DNA of 64,000 nucleotides, taken from the IMG/VR virus record IMGVR_UViG_3300045988_176129, positions 24,700 to 88,699 of that record. One strand, written 5' to 3'. The translations under genes and the position numbers were made by a program. Shown piece by piece: positions 10,087-18,772 of this stretch (the first letter of the stretch is position 1; each line of letters starts with the position of its first letter). Below the pieces are notes generated by a model. It had not been told where the DNA came from. It saw nothing but the letters and a program-made list of their open reading frames with translations, and made no database searches. Source of the stretch: a virus.

Positions 10087-10479
10087 ATGGAGAACACAGC
10101 AAAGATGACACAGATTGATATTTATGAGAAGATTAAGGAGATTGTTTCAGCATCAGAGGATGCAGATGTTGCTACAATTGTAGAGTTCTGTGATAAGAAG
10201 ATTGCTCAGGCAATTGATAAGAGAGAGAAGGCACAGGCTAAGGCTGCTGAGAAGAAGGCAGAGAGTGATGAAATGACAGATGCAATTGCTGAGATTCTTA
10301 CTGAGGATGGTAAGACAGCAGAGGATATTGCTCAGGCTCTTTCAGCGAGATTTGAGGATATTACAAAGGCTAAGGTTGTTTCAAGAATGGGCAAGCTTGT
10401 AGCAGCTGGTAGAGCTTCTAAGGTTAAGGAAGGCAAGAACCCTATGGTTTACATGCTTCCAACAGCAGTAGCTGAGTAA
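10087..10479 (+). CDS. acidic Ala/Glu-rich small protein, paralog family with 60376 and 62421
   Basis: RBS aaaggagaaatg upstream. Confidence 0.55.
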   Translation: MENTAKMTQIDIYEKIKEIVSASEDADVATIVEFCDKKIAQAIDKREKAQAKAAEKKAESDEMTDAIAEILTEDGKTAEDIAQALSARFEDITKAKVVSRMGKLVAAGRASKVKEGKNPMVYMLPTAVAE

Positions 10480-10548
10480 TTATATATTTAGATTATAAAG
10501 TGTTAGGGTAGGAAGGTAACTTTCTACCCTATTTTAATAGGAGGAATT

Positions 10549-11415
10549 ATGTCTTATTTTAATTTAGAATATACAGAAAAATTTAAGTATAAAAATGCGA
10601 ATAATGTTAGTTACTGGATTCTTTATAATGGACATGATGAAGGAGTTAAAGATTTTCTTATAAGAAATAAAGAAAAGCATATAACTATTTGTTTTGCTGA
10701 TAAAATTTTAGAAAATATGGAACTTTATTCAAGCGGAGATAAGTTAATTGATTTTATCATTAATGGAAAAGAAAAATTCTATATAAATTTAGTAAAAGAA
10801 GGAATAAATAATTTTGTTTTACAAATTCCTTATCATGTAGAGGGGGCCAGAGAACTGGCAATCACGCTTAAAGAGAATGGAGTGCCTTTTTATTTTATGG
10901 ATGCGGTTACATCATGGGAACAGTTAAATAGTTTTATTGAAGATGGAGTATCAGATGTTCTCGTGTCTAGCTCTTTTGCTTTTAATATTAGAGACATCGC
11001 AGAAAAATGTCACAAAGAGGGTGTTCAAGTTAGAGTGATTCCGAACATCTATCAATCCGCAGAATATAATGATGGATCAATGGGCTTCTTCATAAGACCA
11101 GAGGCTATTGGTTTATATTCAAAATATATAGATATATTTGAATTAAGATGCTCAAAAGATGTTTGTAACACAATATATGAGATTTTTGCTATTGATAAAG
11201 AATGGTATGGAGACATAAGTGAGATTATAGCGGGTGCCCCAAAAGGAATAACCAATAGGAATATAGTAGAATTATTTGATATAGCAAGAACCAATTGTGG
11301 CAAAAAGTGCGTAAAACCTATGAATGGTTGTAATATATGTGATACTGCTATAAGATTAAGTAAAACTTTTACCGATTATAATATTGAATATAAAAACAAT
11401 AAATTGAAAAAGTAA
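10549..11415 (+). CDS. hypothetical protein with C-terminal Cys cluster
   Basis: RBS aggagg; contains CGKKC...NGCNIC. Confidence 0.55.
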   Translation: MSYFNLEYTEKFKYKNANNVSYWILYNGHDEGVKDFLIRNKEKHITICFADKILENMELYSSGDKLIDFIINGKEKFYINLVKEGINNFVLQIPYHVEGARELAITLKENGVPFYFMDAVTSWEQLNSFIEDGVSDVLVSSSFAFNIRDIAEKCHKEGVQVRVIPNIYQSAEYNDGSMGFFIRPEAIGLYSKYIDIFELRCSKDVCNTIYEIFAIDKEWYGDISEIIAGAPKGITNRNIVELFDIARTNCGKKCVKPMNGCNICDTAIRLSKTFTDYNIEYKNNKLKK

Positions 11416-11464
11416 TAAAAATATATTATAATATATATAGAAGATAAAGAAAGGAAGGGTTCTT

Positions 11465-11743
11465 ATGGCGGCAAGAGGAACAGAAGTAAAAGAAAAATTA
11501 ACTCAGGTATTAACAAAATTATTTCCAGAAAGCTTTATGGATGGCAAGACTCTTAGAATCCCAATGAAAGAGAATGGAGAAATAGTTGAAATAAAGGTGA
11601 CACTGACAGCGGCTAAGGATGTTTTAGGTGGTGCAAATACAGAAGCTTTTACATCAAATAGCTTTATTCCAGTATGTGATATGCCAACAGAGGAAGAAAT
11701 AGAAGAAGTTAAAAAGTATTTAAGTTCAATGGGGATGATATAA
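11465..11743 (+). CDS. hypothetical protein
   Basis: Promoter and RBS upstream. Confidence 0.5.
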   Translation: MAARGTEVKEKLTQVLTKLFPESFMDGKTLRIPMKENGEIVEIKVTLTAAKDVLGGANTEAFTSNSFIPVCDMPTEEEIEEVKKYLSSMGMI

Positions 11744-12030
11744 TGATAAAATATGATGAATGGCAGGATGGCGCAGGTATGTGGCATTGTGGAAATACAT
11801 CTGATCTTACACATGGAAGTAATGATTGGTGGCTTCCTGCTAGATATTTAGGCATTGCCCCATATGAATTTGCTAAACTTTTGGTTGAAAAATTTCATGT
11901 AGATAGAATAAAATACCTTATAAATGGCAATAATATTGGAGTATTAACATATTCTTGGAAAAAGCAATCGGATATGCGAGTTTTTAAAAATTGGTTAAAT
12001 AAAGAGATAAGGACTAGGAAAATATCATAA
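11743..12030 (+). CDS. hypothetical protein
   Basis: Start/stop overlap with the upstream gene. Confidence 0.5.
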   Translation: MIKYDEWQDGAGMWHCGNTSDLTHGSNDWWLPARYLGIAPYEFAKLLVEKFHVDRIKYLINGNNIGVLTYSWKKQSDMRVFKNWLNKEIRTRKIS

Positions 12031-12082
12031 AGATATTTTCCTATTGTTTTATAATAAAATTTTATTATTCTGAGGTGATAAA

Positions 12083-12412
12083 ATGAGTAGAAGTTATAAA
12101 AAACATCCATTTTGCAAAGATGGAAATAGAAGTTCTAAAAAAGATAAAAGAATCGCTAATGGAGTGATAAGAGCAAAAAATAAAAGGATTATTAATGGCG
12201 CAGAAAAGGAAGATATTTCAATAAGATCAAGAGGTGCATATAAGAAAGCCTATAATTCTTATAATATAAATGATTATATTATAAGAAAAACAGAAGAAGA
12301 AAACAGAAGATGGTGGGATGAGCACTCTGTTTTATATGACTCATCATTTGGTGGCTGCCATACTTTTAAAGATTATAAACAAAAGTGGGAAAAAATATAT
12401 AAAAGAAAGTAA
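12083..12412 (+). CDS. basic (Lys/Arg-rich) hypothetical protein
   Basis: RBS gaggtg. Confidence 0.5.
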   Translation: MSRSYKKHPFCKDGNRSSKKDKRIANGVIRAKNKRIINGAEKEDISIRSRGAYKKAYNSYNINDYIIRKTEEENRRWWDEHSVLYDSSFGGCHTFKDYKQKWEKIYKRK

Positions 12413-12556
12413 TTTGGACAAAATATTTTAGTTGACTTCATAAAAATTTTATGTTATAATATGATTATAAGTTTCTTAAGTTAATAAAACTGCTATTGAA
12501 CAGACAAATTTTTTTAACAATTAGGCTACGTACTATAATAAAGATAAGGAGATTTT

Positions 12557-13198
12557 ATGAAGCTACGAAAAATATTTATAGTTGGAGCAACTTTAGTTGT
12601 TCTAATTGCCACTACTAAAACAGGAAAAGTTCAATCAACTGAACGTGTATATGATTTATCTTCTTCTAAAGTAGAGGTTAAGGAATTAACAACAAAAAAA
12701 GTATCAACAGAACAAGAAATAAAAATTGAAACTGGTGGTTTTATGATTCCTACAACAACAGAAGAAATGACTACTGAGGAAGAATATACTACAGAAGCTA
12801 TAACAGAAGAATATTTTGAGTCAGAAACAACAGAGGCGGCAACTGAAGATTATAGTCTTCCTGAACCTATCATAGAAGACACTGAAGAAGAAAGCGCAGA
12901 GGTTTCCGAAGACCCCGCAGCCGCATATTCTTTTGATGAACTCATGTGGATGGGAGTTATTTATTGGGGAGATTATAGATGGACATATTATTCTGAATCT
13001 GTTTTGCCGGGAGAGGGACTTAATATTCCAGGAAGATATACAGATGAAACAGGATTTGTATGTGATGAAAATGGATATATTTGTTTAGCATCAAGTGATT
13101 TAAGTTATGGCACTATTGTTTCTACTCCTTTTGGGCGAATGGGTTGTGTTTATGATTCGGGCTGCCCGAGCGGAACTTTAGATGTATACGTAAGATAA
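12557..13198 (+). CDS. secreted protein with C-terminal 3D (MltA-like) domain
   Basis: Signal peptide, Thr/Glu-rich linker, C-terminal block ending in DSGCPSGTLDVYV that resembles the 3D domain. Confidence 0.55.
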   Translation: MKLRKIFIVGATLVVLIATTKTGKVQSTERVYDLSSSKVEVKELTTKKVSTEQEIKIETGGFMIPTTTEEMTTEEEYTTEAITEEYFESETTEAATEDYSLPEPIIEDTEEESAEVSEDPAAAYSFDELMWMGVIYWGDYRWTYYSESVLPGEGLNIPGRYTDETGFVCDENGYICLASSDLSYGTIVSTPFGRMGCVYDSGCPSGTLDVYVR

Positions 13199-13292
13199 AA
13201 TAAATGTCCAAGTTAATTCTTGGGCATTTTTATTTGATAATTTTTAAATTTTTTTGTATAATATATACAGAAATTAAGAAAGGAATAAAACG

Positions 13293-13505
13293 ATGAAAAA
13301 TAAATATGCAATTGCAGTATGTAATCTTTTGACTCTTCATACTGAGATTTATTTTCTTAATGGATCAAGTAAGTTAGAAGCATTGCAGCATTGGGCAACA
13401 TGGTATTTACATAAAGATTTTGCTTCTTTTGATAATTTTGAAACCTTTAAAACTTTTTTAAGTGATGATGAAGATTTAATAACTCAAGTTAGAAGAGTCG
13501 CTTAA
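13293..13505 (+). CDS. hypothetical protein
   Basis: Promoter and RBS upstream. Confidence 0.45.
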   Translation: MKNKYAIAVCNLLTLHTEIYFLNGSSKLEALQHWATWYLHKDFASFDNFETFKTFLSDDEDLITQVRRVA

Positions 13506-13638
13506 TTGAAAAAATAAAAAAATTATATTATAATATATATACAAAGTTAAGAAAGGGATATAAAAAATAAATAAAAATTTTCTTGACAAAAATGTTAAAA
13601 TATGTTATAATAAAAAAGAAATAAGATACAAAACATTT

Positions 13639-13713
13639 TGGGATGTGGTCTAGTTTGGCTAAGACGCAGGATTTGGGTTCCTGAAATCGAGAGTTCGAGT
13701 CTCTCCATTCCAA
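13639..13713 (+). tRNA. tRNA-Pro(TGG)
   Basis: Hand-folded cloverleaf: 7-bp acceptor, D-stem gtct/agac, anticodon loop tttgggt, T-arm gagag-ttcgagt-ctctc. Confidence 0.8.
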
Positions 13714-13843
13714 TTTTCATAAATTAAATATAATAATTGATATTATAAAAAATTTATGATATAATAATTATATAAGATGAAGGAATGTGAAACATTCCCA
13801 TGTAAGTTCCCTTTGCGGTTTTCTTCTTTATCTTATATATTAT

Positions 13844-13981
13844 TCCCTAGTAGCTCAGTTGGTAGAGTGTCTGACTGTGCGGAAATAGTATAAGCAGTAC
13901 GTCTGTAGCCCAGAAGATTTGAGTTCAAATCTCAATTTCCGATTAATCAGAATGTCGTAGGTTCGAGTCCTACCTGGGGAG
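13844..13981 (+). tRNA. tRNA-like gene with GTG-type anticodon loop interrupted by a ~65-72-nt insertion
   Basis: Canonical acceptor, D-arm and T-arm; the anticodon-stem halves (tctga / tcaga) are separated by 72 nt. Confidence 0.4.
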
Positions 13982-14120
13982 CTAGGTTAAGTTATTCATA
14001 GACTCGCCGATTGCAGAAAGTAGGAATGTTGTTATTTAAAATGGTAACACAGTCGCCGAAAGGACTGTCTGTCAGACTCCTTGACGGAGAATAGGAGTAG
14101 AGTTATAAGTGAAGATGATT

Positions 14121-14145
14121 GGAGGTTCGAATCCTTCCCCGCCGA
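14121..14145 (+). other. orphan canonical T-arm plus 3' acceptor-like element (unresolved tRNA or tRNA-like RNA end)
   Basis: ggagg-ttcgaat-ccttc followed by cccgccg; no 5' partner found within 100 nt. Confidence 0.3.
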
Positions 14146-14312
14146 AAAGTGGTGGGCGCGAAAGGAGTGCTAATCGAAGAACTTATTTTAGTTGAAGTAC
14201 AAAGTGTGTTGCAGCATATGGAGTAAATACTAAAGTAACTCGACAAGATTTACTGCAATAAGTCTTGATAGCTTAGTCATCTAATTGGAAGGATGCCACG
14301 GTATGTGGTCAC

Positions 14313-14337
14313 AGAGGTTCGATTCCTCTCTAAGATT
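14313..14337 (+). other. orphan canonical T-arm element (unresolved tRNA-like)
   Basis: agagg-ttcgatt-cctct followed by ctaagat; a possible 5' partner attttag lies 145 nt upstream. Confidence 0.3.
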
Positions 14338-14548
14338 TAGGCTCGGACTTTAACCCCGAGGGTAATAATTAGGGTTATTGCGTACAGAGAGATTGCCGAA
14401 CATTACGTATCCTCACTCTACCTTAACGAGATAAGGTGTAAAGATGTCTATGAAATGTCGTTTGAAAGAGATTTAGAGAGTTCACGAAGTAGCTCACCTT
14501 GTATCTTCAAGTTATGCTTCTTGGGGATATAGACAAAAAGCATTTTAA

Positions 14549-14620
14549 TCCGATTTAGTACAATGGCTAGTACCCTGGCTTTGTAACCCAGTGATAAGTG
14601 TTCGATTCACTTAATCGGAA
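14549..14620 (+). tRNA. tRNA-Thr(TGT)
   Basis: Acceptor tccgatt/aatcgga, D gtac/gtac, anticodon loop tttgtaa, T aagtg-ttcgatt-cactt. Confidence 0.75.
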
Positions 14621-14744
14621 CTTAAAAATCATGCCATAGCGTAAGCAAAAGGTAGTTAGCTCAAAAGTAATAGATATAGGTCAGCCTTTTTACCTGTCTA
14701 TAGGATAGAGTGTTAGTTTTCTAGGTATGTTCTAACGAATAAAT

Positions 14745-14816
14745 GCCGATGTAGTATAATGGTTAGTACACCTGTCTTCCAAACAGGATATGCGAGTTCG
14801 ATTCTCGTCATCGGCT
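14745..14816 (+). tRNA. tRNA-Gly(TCC)
   Basis: Acceptor gccgatg/catcggc, anticodon loop cttccaa, T gcgag-ttcgatt-ctcgt. Confidence 0.8.
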
Positions 14817-14828
14817 TTAAAATAATTT

Positions 14829-14900
14829 GGGGTTATAACTCAATGGAAGAGTAATTGCTTTGCAAGCAATAGGTTGAGAGTTCGAGTCTCTCTGGCTCCA
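14829..14900 (+). tRNA. tRNA-Ala(TGC)
   Basis: Anticodon loop tttgcaa, T gagag-ttcgagt-ctctc, acceptor with G-U pairs. Confidence 0.75.
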
Positions 14901-14903
14901 CCT

Positions 14904-14976
14904 GCGAAAATAGTTCAGTTGGTAGAGCACACGTCTGATACGCGTGAAGTCGATGGTTCAAATCCATCTTTTCGCA
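14904..14976 (+). tRNA. tRNA-Ile(GAT)
   Basis: D-loop agttggtagagc, anticodon loop ctgatac, T gatgg-ttcaaat-ccatc. Confidence 0.8.
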
Positions 14977-14982
14977 TTATAT

Positions 14983-15055
14983 ACTGGTTTAGTTTAATGG
15001 ATAAAATATTTAGCTACGAACTAAAAGAGTATAGGTTCAATTCCTATAACCAGTA
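14983..15055 (+). tRNA. tRNA-Arg(ACG)
   Basis: Acceptor actggtt/aaccagt, anticodon loop ctacgaa, T atagg-ttcaatt-cctat. Confidence 0.75.
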
Positions 15056-15135
15056 TTAAATGTATTTATAATGGTAACTGGCAAACTTATTTGACTTAGA
15101 ATCAAATATTTGAGAGTTTAAATTTTTTAGACGCA

Positions 15136-15164
15136 TTGACAAAAATAAAAATTTTTGTTATAAT
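15136..15164 (+). promoter_or_regulatory. sigma70-type promoter (TTGACA-17-TGnTATAAT) driving a non-coding region
   Basis: ttgaca ... tgttataat. Confidence 0.6.
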
Positions 15165-15300
15165 ATTATTAAGGAAGTTGCGGAAAGAAAACTGTTTAAC
15201 CTTATCAAAAATAAACAAAACTGCTGACCTTATTTCAGTGGAGAATAGGGTATAAAGGAAAATATAAGAGAGAACCCGTGCAGCAACCGGTACGTAAAAT
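15165..15300 (+). ncRNA. candidate small non-coding RNA (no ORF; flanked by promoters)
   Basis: Lies between two promoters; locally GC-richer; contains paired segments gcaaccggtacg...ggttgcccc. Confidence 0.25.
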
Positions 15301-15439
15301 AATGGTTGCCCCTTTAATTTGATATTTTTAAAAATTTTTGATATAATATATATATCAAATAAAAAAGAAAAATACTGAGTTGTCATTCTTCTAAGTATTT
15401 GGATAGTAATAACAAAAGAATGTTCGCTGGATTGGTTAG

Positions 15440-15490
15440 TTGGACTTGAGAATTTTCTCAATTGTGGTTCGATTCCACTTTGACCACTTA
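15440..15490 (+). other. degenerate tRNA-like element (acceptor + anticodon-like arm + T-arm, no D-arm)
   Basis: tggttag ... ttgag-aattttc-ctcaa ... gtgg-ttcgatt-ccac-tttgacca. Confidence 0.25.
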
Positions 15491-15504
15491 TCATAAAACA
15501 ATAT

Positions 15505-15533
15505 TTGACAAAAATAAAATTTTATGATATAAT
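15505..15533 (+). promoter_or_regulatory. sigma70-type promoter upstream of the large non-coding element
   Basis: ttgaca-17-tgatataat. Confidence 0.6.
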
Positions 15534-15634
15534 AATTATATAAGAAATCTTGTCAATGGATTAATTAATAGCATAAGCGCAGAGATGGGTTAGTTATAAT
15601 AGTGAAGAAAGCTAATCAGTTCGCACTTTGATAA

Positions 15635-16291
15635 TTGAATACTTTAGTCAAAATATAATGTAATAACTCAGTGCAGAATGGTGAATTCAGCCATGCTGAG
15701 AAATCTTGAGAAACTCCAGTAACAACCGAAGCAAGGATACTTGCGGATATTGCTGTTTTCTTAATTGTGAAATTAAGAAAAGAAAGGATAGGCTCCAACG
15801 AGTAGAGAGATTGTGCTGTGGGGATTACGGTTTATAGCGTAGGACGTGTCTCGGTGATGGAATAGAGGCGAAGGTTAATAGCTTTCGCTGAATCAAAGTG
15901 AGGGTTTAGCTGGTGACTGTATCAAACCTTTGAAATGCCAATAAATCATTTTGTCGTGATGTTTTAGAAATAGAACTATAAGAGATGCAGATGACCTGAA
16001 AGTAGCCTAAGACAAAATTAAAGAAGAACAATTTTAATTCAAGTTGTATGTAAATGGAAATTACATAAAAGATTGAAAATATTGCTGAAAGTAATGGTGA
16101 AATCTAGGGGTAGTCATTCCCCTCTAAGTTAAGTGAGTTTCGACTCATGGGGTAAAGAAGTACAGACTAGCTATCTGGTTGCTATTTATAGCATTTAACT
16201 CAGCCTTTATCTCCTTAGTTGCGTAATAATAAACAAGTAATACATAGTAAGAGGAAGCTCTATTATAATATATTTTGACTAAAGTATTCAA
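15635..16291 (+). ncRNA. ~650-nt non-coding element bounded by perfect 23-bp inverted repeats (candidate large structured RNA, or MITE-like insertion)
   Basis: ttgaatactttagtcaaaatata at 15635-15657 is the exact reverse complement of 16269-16291; no ORF over 60 aa inside; higher GC than flanks; sits between a promoter and tRNA-Glu. Confidence 0.45.
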
Positions 16292-16300
16292 GATGGCGAT

Positions 16301-16372
16301 GGCGGTATCGTCTAGTGGTTAGGACAGCGGCTTTTCACGCCGCAAACCCGAGTTCAAATCTCGGTACCGTCA
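16301..16372 (+). tRNA. tRNA-Glu(TTC)
   Basis: Acceptor ggcggta/taccgtc, anticodon stem gcggc/gccgc, loop ttttcac, T ccgag-ttcaaat-ctcgg. Confidence 0.8.
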
Positions 16373-16562
16373 CTTTTAAGACTCATCATCTTAAAATGGG
16401 AAGAAATTGCTCCCAATGTAAAGTAATTTGACTTGATATTTCAAGAGGTAAATATCCCTGTATACTAGGAGACGGTATAACAGTTATTTGATGGTTTCTC
16501 TGTTAAAAGAAAAGAATTATTAGGGTTGCAACCTGGTGATGACAAATAGCTATAGTTAATAT

Positions 16563-16635
16563 CGCGAATTGGACAGTATCGGTAGCTGCGTAGCCTCATA
16601 AGCTAATCAGAGGGGTTCGACTCCCCTATTCGCAA
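16563..16635 (+). tRNA. tRNA-Met(CAT), initiator-like (C1-A72 mismatch)
   Basis: Acceptor cgcgaat / attcgca with a C:A mismatch at the top; anticodon loop ctcataa; T agggg-ttcgact-cccct; irregular D-arm. Confidence 0.6.
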
Positions 16636-17035
16636 GCAAAAGTACAATGATTTCATTTTTCCTTTCAGATATGTGTTTGTTGTATTGTACTTTTATATTT
16701 GGTGGTTGGTTTTTTCCAAGAGTTTACCAACTAAAAAACAAAACTTGTTCATATATAGTTCTTTTCATAATAGGCGGAGGAGCCTTTCTTCCGCCTTTAA
16801 TTCTGACTATTATTGAATTTACATATAAATTTCAAAGAAGGAGATTGATATTATGAAAGATAGAGAGTGGGGCAATTAAGTAGGCTAGGAAAAGTAAAAC
16901 ATCAGGTGGGTTTATAATTCCATAGACCTACTTGCCGCAAGTTTAATATTCATTAAGAGATATGAAATATTACTTGAAAAAATAAAAAAATTATAATATA
17001 ATATATGTATAAGATAAAGAAAGGAAATAAGAATT

Positions 17036-17158
17036 ATGACAAATGAAATCAAACTTGCAACATTAAAGAACAGATTGGCTACTATTGAAGCAAAGGGAAA
17101 GAGTACTCCTGGAGTTTTAAGAAAGTTAAGAAGACAGATTCGCTCTCTTGAGCGTTAA
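17036..17158 (+). CDS. 40-aa basic peptide (MTNEIKLATLKNRLATIEAKGKST...)
   Basis: Promoter and RBS aaaggaaat upstream; not in the supplied track because under 60 aa. Confidence 0.4.
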   Translation: MTNEIKLATLKNRLATIEAKGKSTPGVLRKLRRQIRSLER

Positions 17159-17169
17159 TCTGTAAAAAA

Positions 17170-17243
17170 GGGAAATTAGCTTAGTTGGTTAAAGCAGGCG
17201 GCTCATAACCGCAAGAGCCTAGGTTCGAATCCTAGATTTCCCA
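17170..17243 (+). tRNA. tRNA-Met(CAT) (elongator or Ile-lysidine type)
   Basis: Acceptor gggaaat/atttccc, anticodon loop ctcataa, T ctagg-ttcgaat-cctag. Confidence 0.75.
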
Positions 17244-17247
17244 CTAA

Positions 17248-17320
17248 GGATCGTAAGCTAACTTAGTAGAAGCACAAGACTGAAAATCTTGGGGACTTGG
17301 AGCGTAACCAAGACGATCCA
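17248..17320 (+). tRNA. tRNA-Phe(GAA)-like with non-canonical T-loop
   Basis: Perfect acceptor ggatcgt/acgatcc; anticodon stem caaga/tcttg, loop ctgaaaa; T-arm cttgg-agcgtaa-ccaag lacks the TTC. Confidence 0.45.
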
Positions 17321-17486
17321 CTTGGCGGGTAATGCATTTGCCCCACCACCTAGTGCCTAAGCTGGGGAACTTTGGGAAAGATTCTCAATAGTAAAGGATT
17401 AAGACTTTGCAAATTATTAGATGAAATGGGCGATAATCATAAACAGGAACAATTACTTCGCCTCCTGTGGTAATCAAATATTATAT

Positions 17487-17570
17487 GGATGGGTATGTCT
17501 AGTGGCGATGACAGCGGTCTGTAAAACCGTGACGTAAGATACACCGTAGGTTCGACTCCTACCCCATCCA
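17487..17570 (+). tRNA. tRNA-Tyr(GTA), long variable arm
   Basis: Acceptor ggatggg/cccatcc, anticodon loop ctgtaaa, variable arm about 14 nt, T gtagg-ttcgact-cctac. Confidence 0.75.
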
Positions 17571-17768
17571 CTTAGATAAGATAAAAACAGGCGGGAGACG
17601 CGGCTCGCTAGTGAAAAGTCTTTAAGAATGACAAATAAACAAAACATTCAAGCTATATTTCTCTTTGAGACAAGGTACCTCTGAGTTCGCGCTATTGAGG
17701 TTTAAAGCACCGTGCGGTTCCGGAAAAACATAGCAACCTTGGGAGAAATATATCATCTTATCTATTAA

Positions 17769-17850
17769 GTCGAGATGGCGAAATTGGTATACGCGGTAGA
17801 CTCAAACTCTACTCTAGAAATAGTTGTGGGTTCAACTCTCACTCTCGACA
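17769..17850 (+). tRNA. tRNA-Leu(CAA)
   Basis: Acceptor gtcgaga/tctcgac, 3-bp D-stem, anticodon loop ctcaaac, long variable arm, T gtggg-ttcaact-ctcac. Confidence 0.7.
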
Positions 17851-17856
17851 TTATAT

Positions 17857-17939
17857 GCGCCCGTGGTGAAATTGGTAAACACATGAGATTTAAGCTCTCA
17901 CGACTTCGGGTCTTGCGGGTTCGAGTCCCGCTGGGCGCA
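17857..17939 (+). tRNA. tRNA-Leu(TAA)
   Basis: Acceptor gcgcccg/tgggcgc, anticodon loop tttaagc, long variable arm, T gcggg-ttcgagt-cccgc. Confidence 0.75.
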
Positions 17940-18169
17940 CTAAAATTGAGTAGAAAGTTTGGAATCTTTCTAATAAATCTCAACCTGGGTGCTCAATTTT
18001 ATATATAATCTTATGCGCAAAAAGATTAAAGAACAATGGTAAGTTTCCATTACAGAGTATTGCTTTTATATAGAATAATGGATTGGATAAAAGCAATAGA
18101 TGAAATTACAAGAGGTTGATTCTAAACCTTATGGAGCTTGAAATACAGGTACACATAAAAAGAATCATC

Positions 18170-18240
18170 GCGGGTGTAGCTTAATGGGTAGAGCACTTCA
18201 ATGTTAATGGAGGGATGAGGTTCGAATCCTCCGCCCGATC
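18170..18240 (+). tRNA. tRNA-Asn(GTT)-like with irregular acceptor stem
   Basis: D gctt-aatgggta-gagc, anticodon stem cttca/tggag, loop atgttaa, T (t)gagg-ttcgaat-cctcc; the acceptor pairs only with a bulge. Confidence 0.45.
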
Positions 18241-18315
18241 TCTTTATTGATTTTTTATGAATTTTATATTATAATATATATATAAGATATAAGATATAAA
18301 AAGGAGATAAAATAT

Positions 18316-18633
18316 ATGTTTTTTAACATTTGGATAGATGATATGCGGCAACCGCCCCATAAAGATAACTTAGTAGTATTCCGAAATGCAGAATCTGCAA
18401 TAGAATGGTTTGAAAATGAAGAAGAGATAACCTCTAATGACTGCTTTTGTTTATATTTAGACCATGATTTAGGAGAAGGAATGTCTGGATACGACTTCTG
18501 TAAATGGTTTATAGAATGGAACTATAACAAATGTTATGATGCTACTTTTGTATTATTGACAGCTAATCCTGTTGGTAGAAATAATATGCGGCAGCTAATG
18601 ACTCATTATGGCTATGAAGAAAAATATCATTAA
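18316..18633 (+). CDS. receiver (REC)-like domain protein, hypothetical
   Basis: Promoter and RBS aaaaaggagat; DD pair (IWIDDMR), LYLDHDLGEG and T...K positions fit a CheY-like fold. Confidence 0.5.
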   Translation: MFFNIWIDDMRQPPHKDNLVVFRNAESAIEWFENEEEITSNDCFCLYLDHDLGEGMSGYDFCKWFIEWNYNKCYDATFVLLTANPVGRNNMRQLMTHYGYEEKYH

Positions 18634-18772
18634 TGACATTTATTAAAAAATATTATATAATATATATAGACTCACATAGTTTAAGTTAGGAAAACAACCG
18701 AATCCCAGGTAAAAGACCAATATTAAGTTATTGAAGATTTTCAAGCGCAAATCTTGATGTGGGTTCTACTTA

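Noticed and set aside
13875-13946. A complete second tRNA nested inside the interrupted tRNA at 13844-13981
   Set aside because: The insert has an acceptor-like and T-arm-like pairing (gcggaaa...ttgag-ttcaaat-ctcaa-tttccga), but no acceptable anticodon arm could be formed.
14121-14145. Minus-strand tRNA explaining the orphan T-arm
   Set aside because: TTCGAA is palindromic, so the strand was checked. The reverse complement gives loop aatcgaa or attcgaa without TTC at positions 54-56 and no better cloverleaf.
16647-16856. 69-aa hydrophobic ORF right after tRNA-fMet
   Set aside because: It has no RBS and starts 12 nt after a tRNA inside the tRNA array. It is probably a chance ORF in AT-rich spacer; a tiny membrane peptide cannot be excluded.
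17765-18008. ORFs 17765-17983(-) and 17775-18008(+) in the supplied track
   Set aside because: They lie over tRNA-Leu(CAA) and tRNA-Leu(TAA). The same applies to track ORFs 13528-13713, 14874-15059, 15102-15494, 15616-15798, 19489-19725 and 19773-20054, which overlap tRNAs or the non-coding array.
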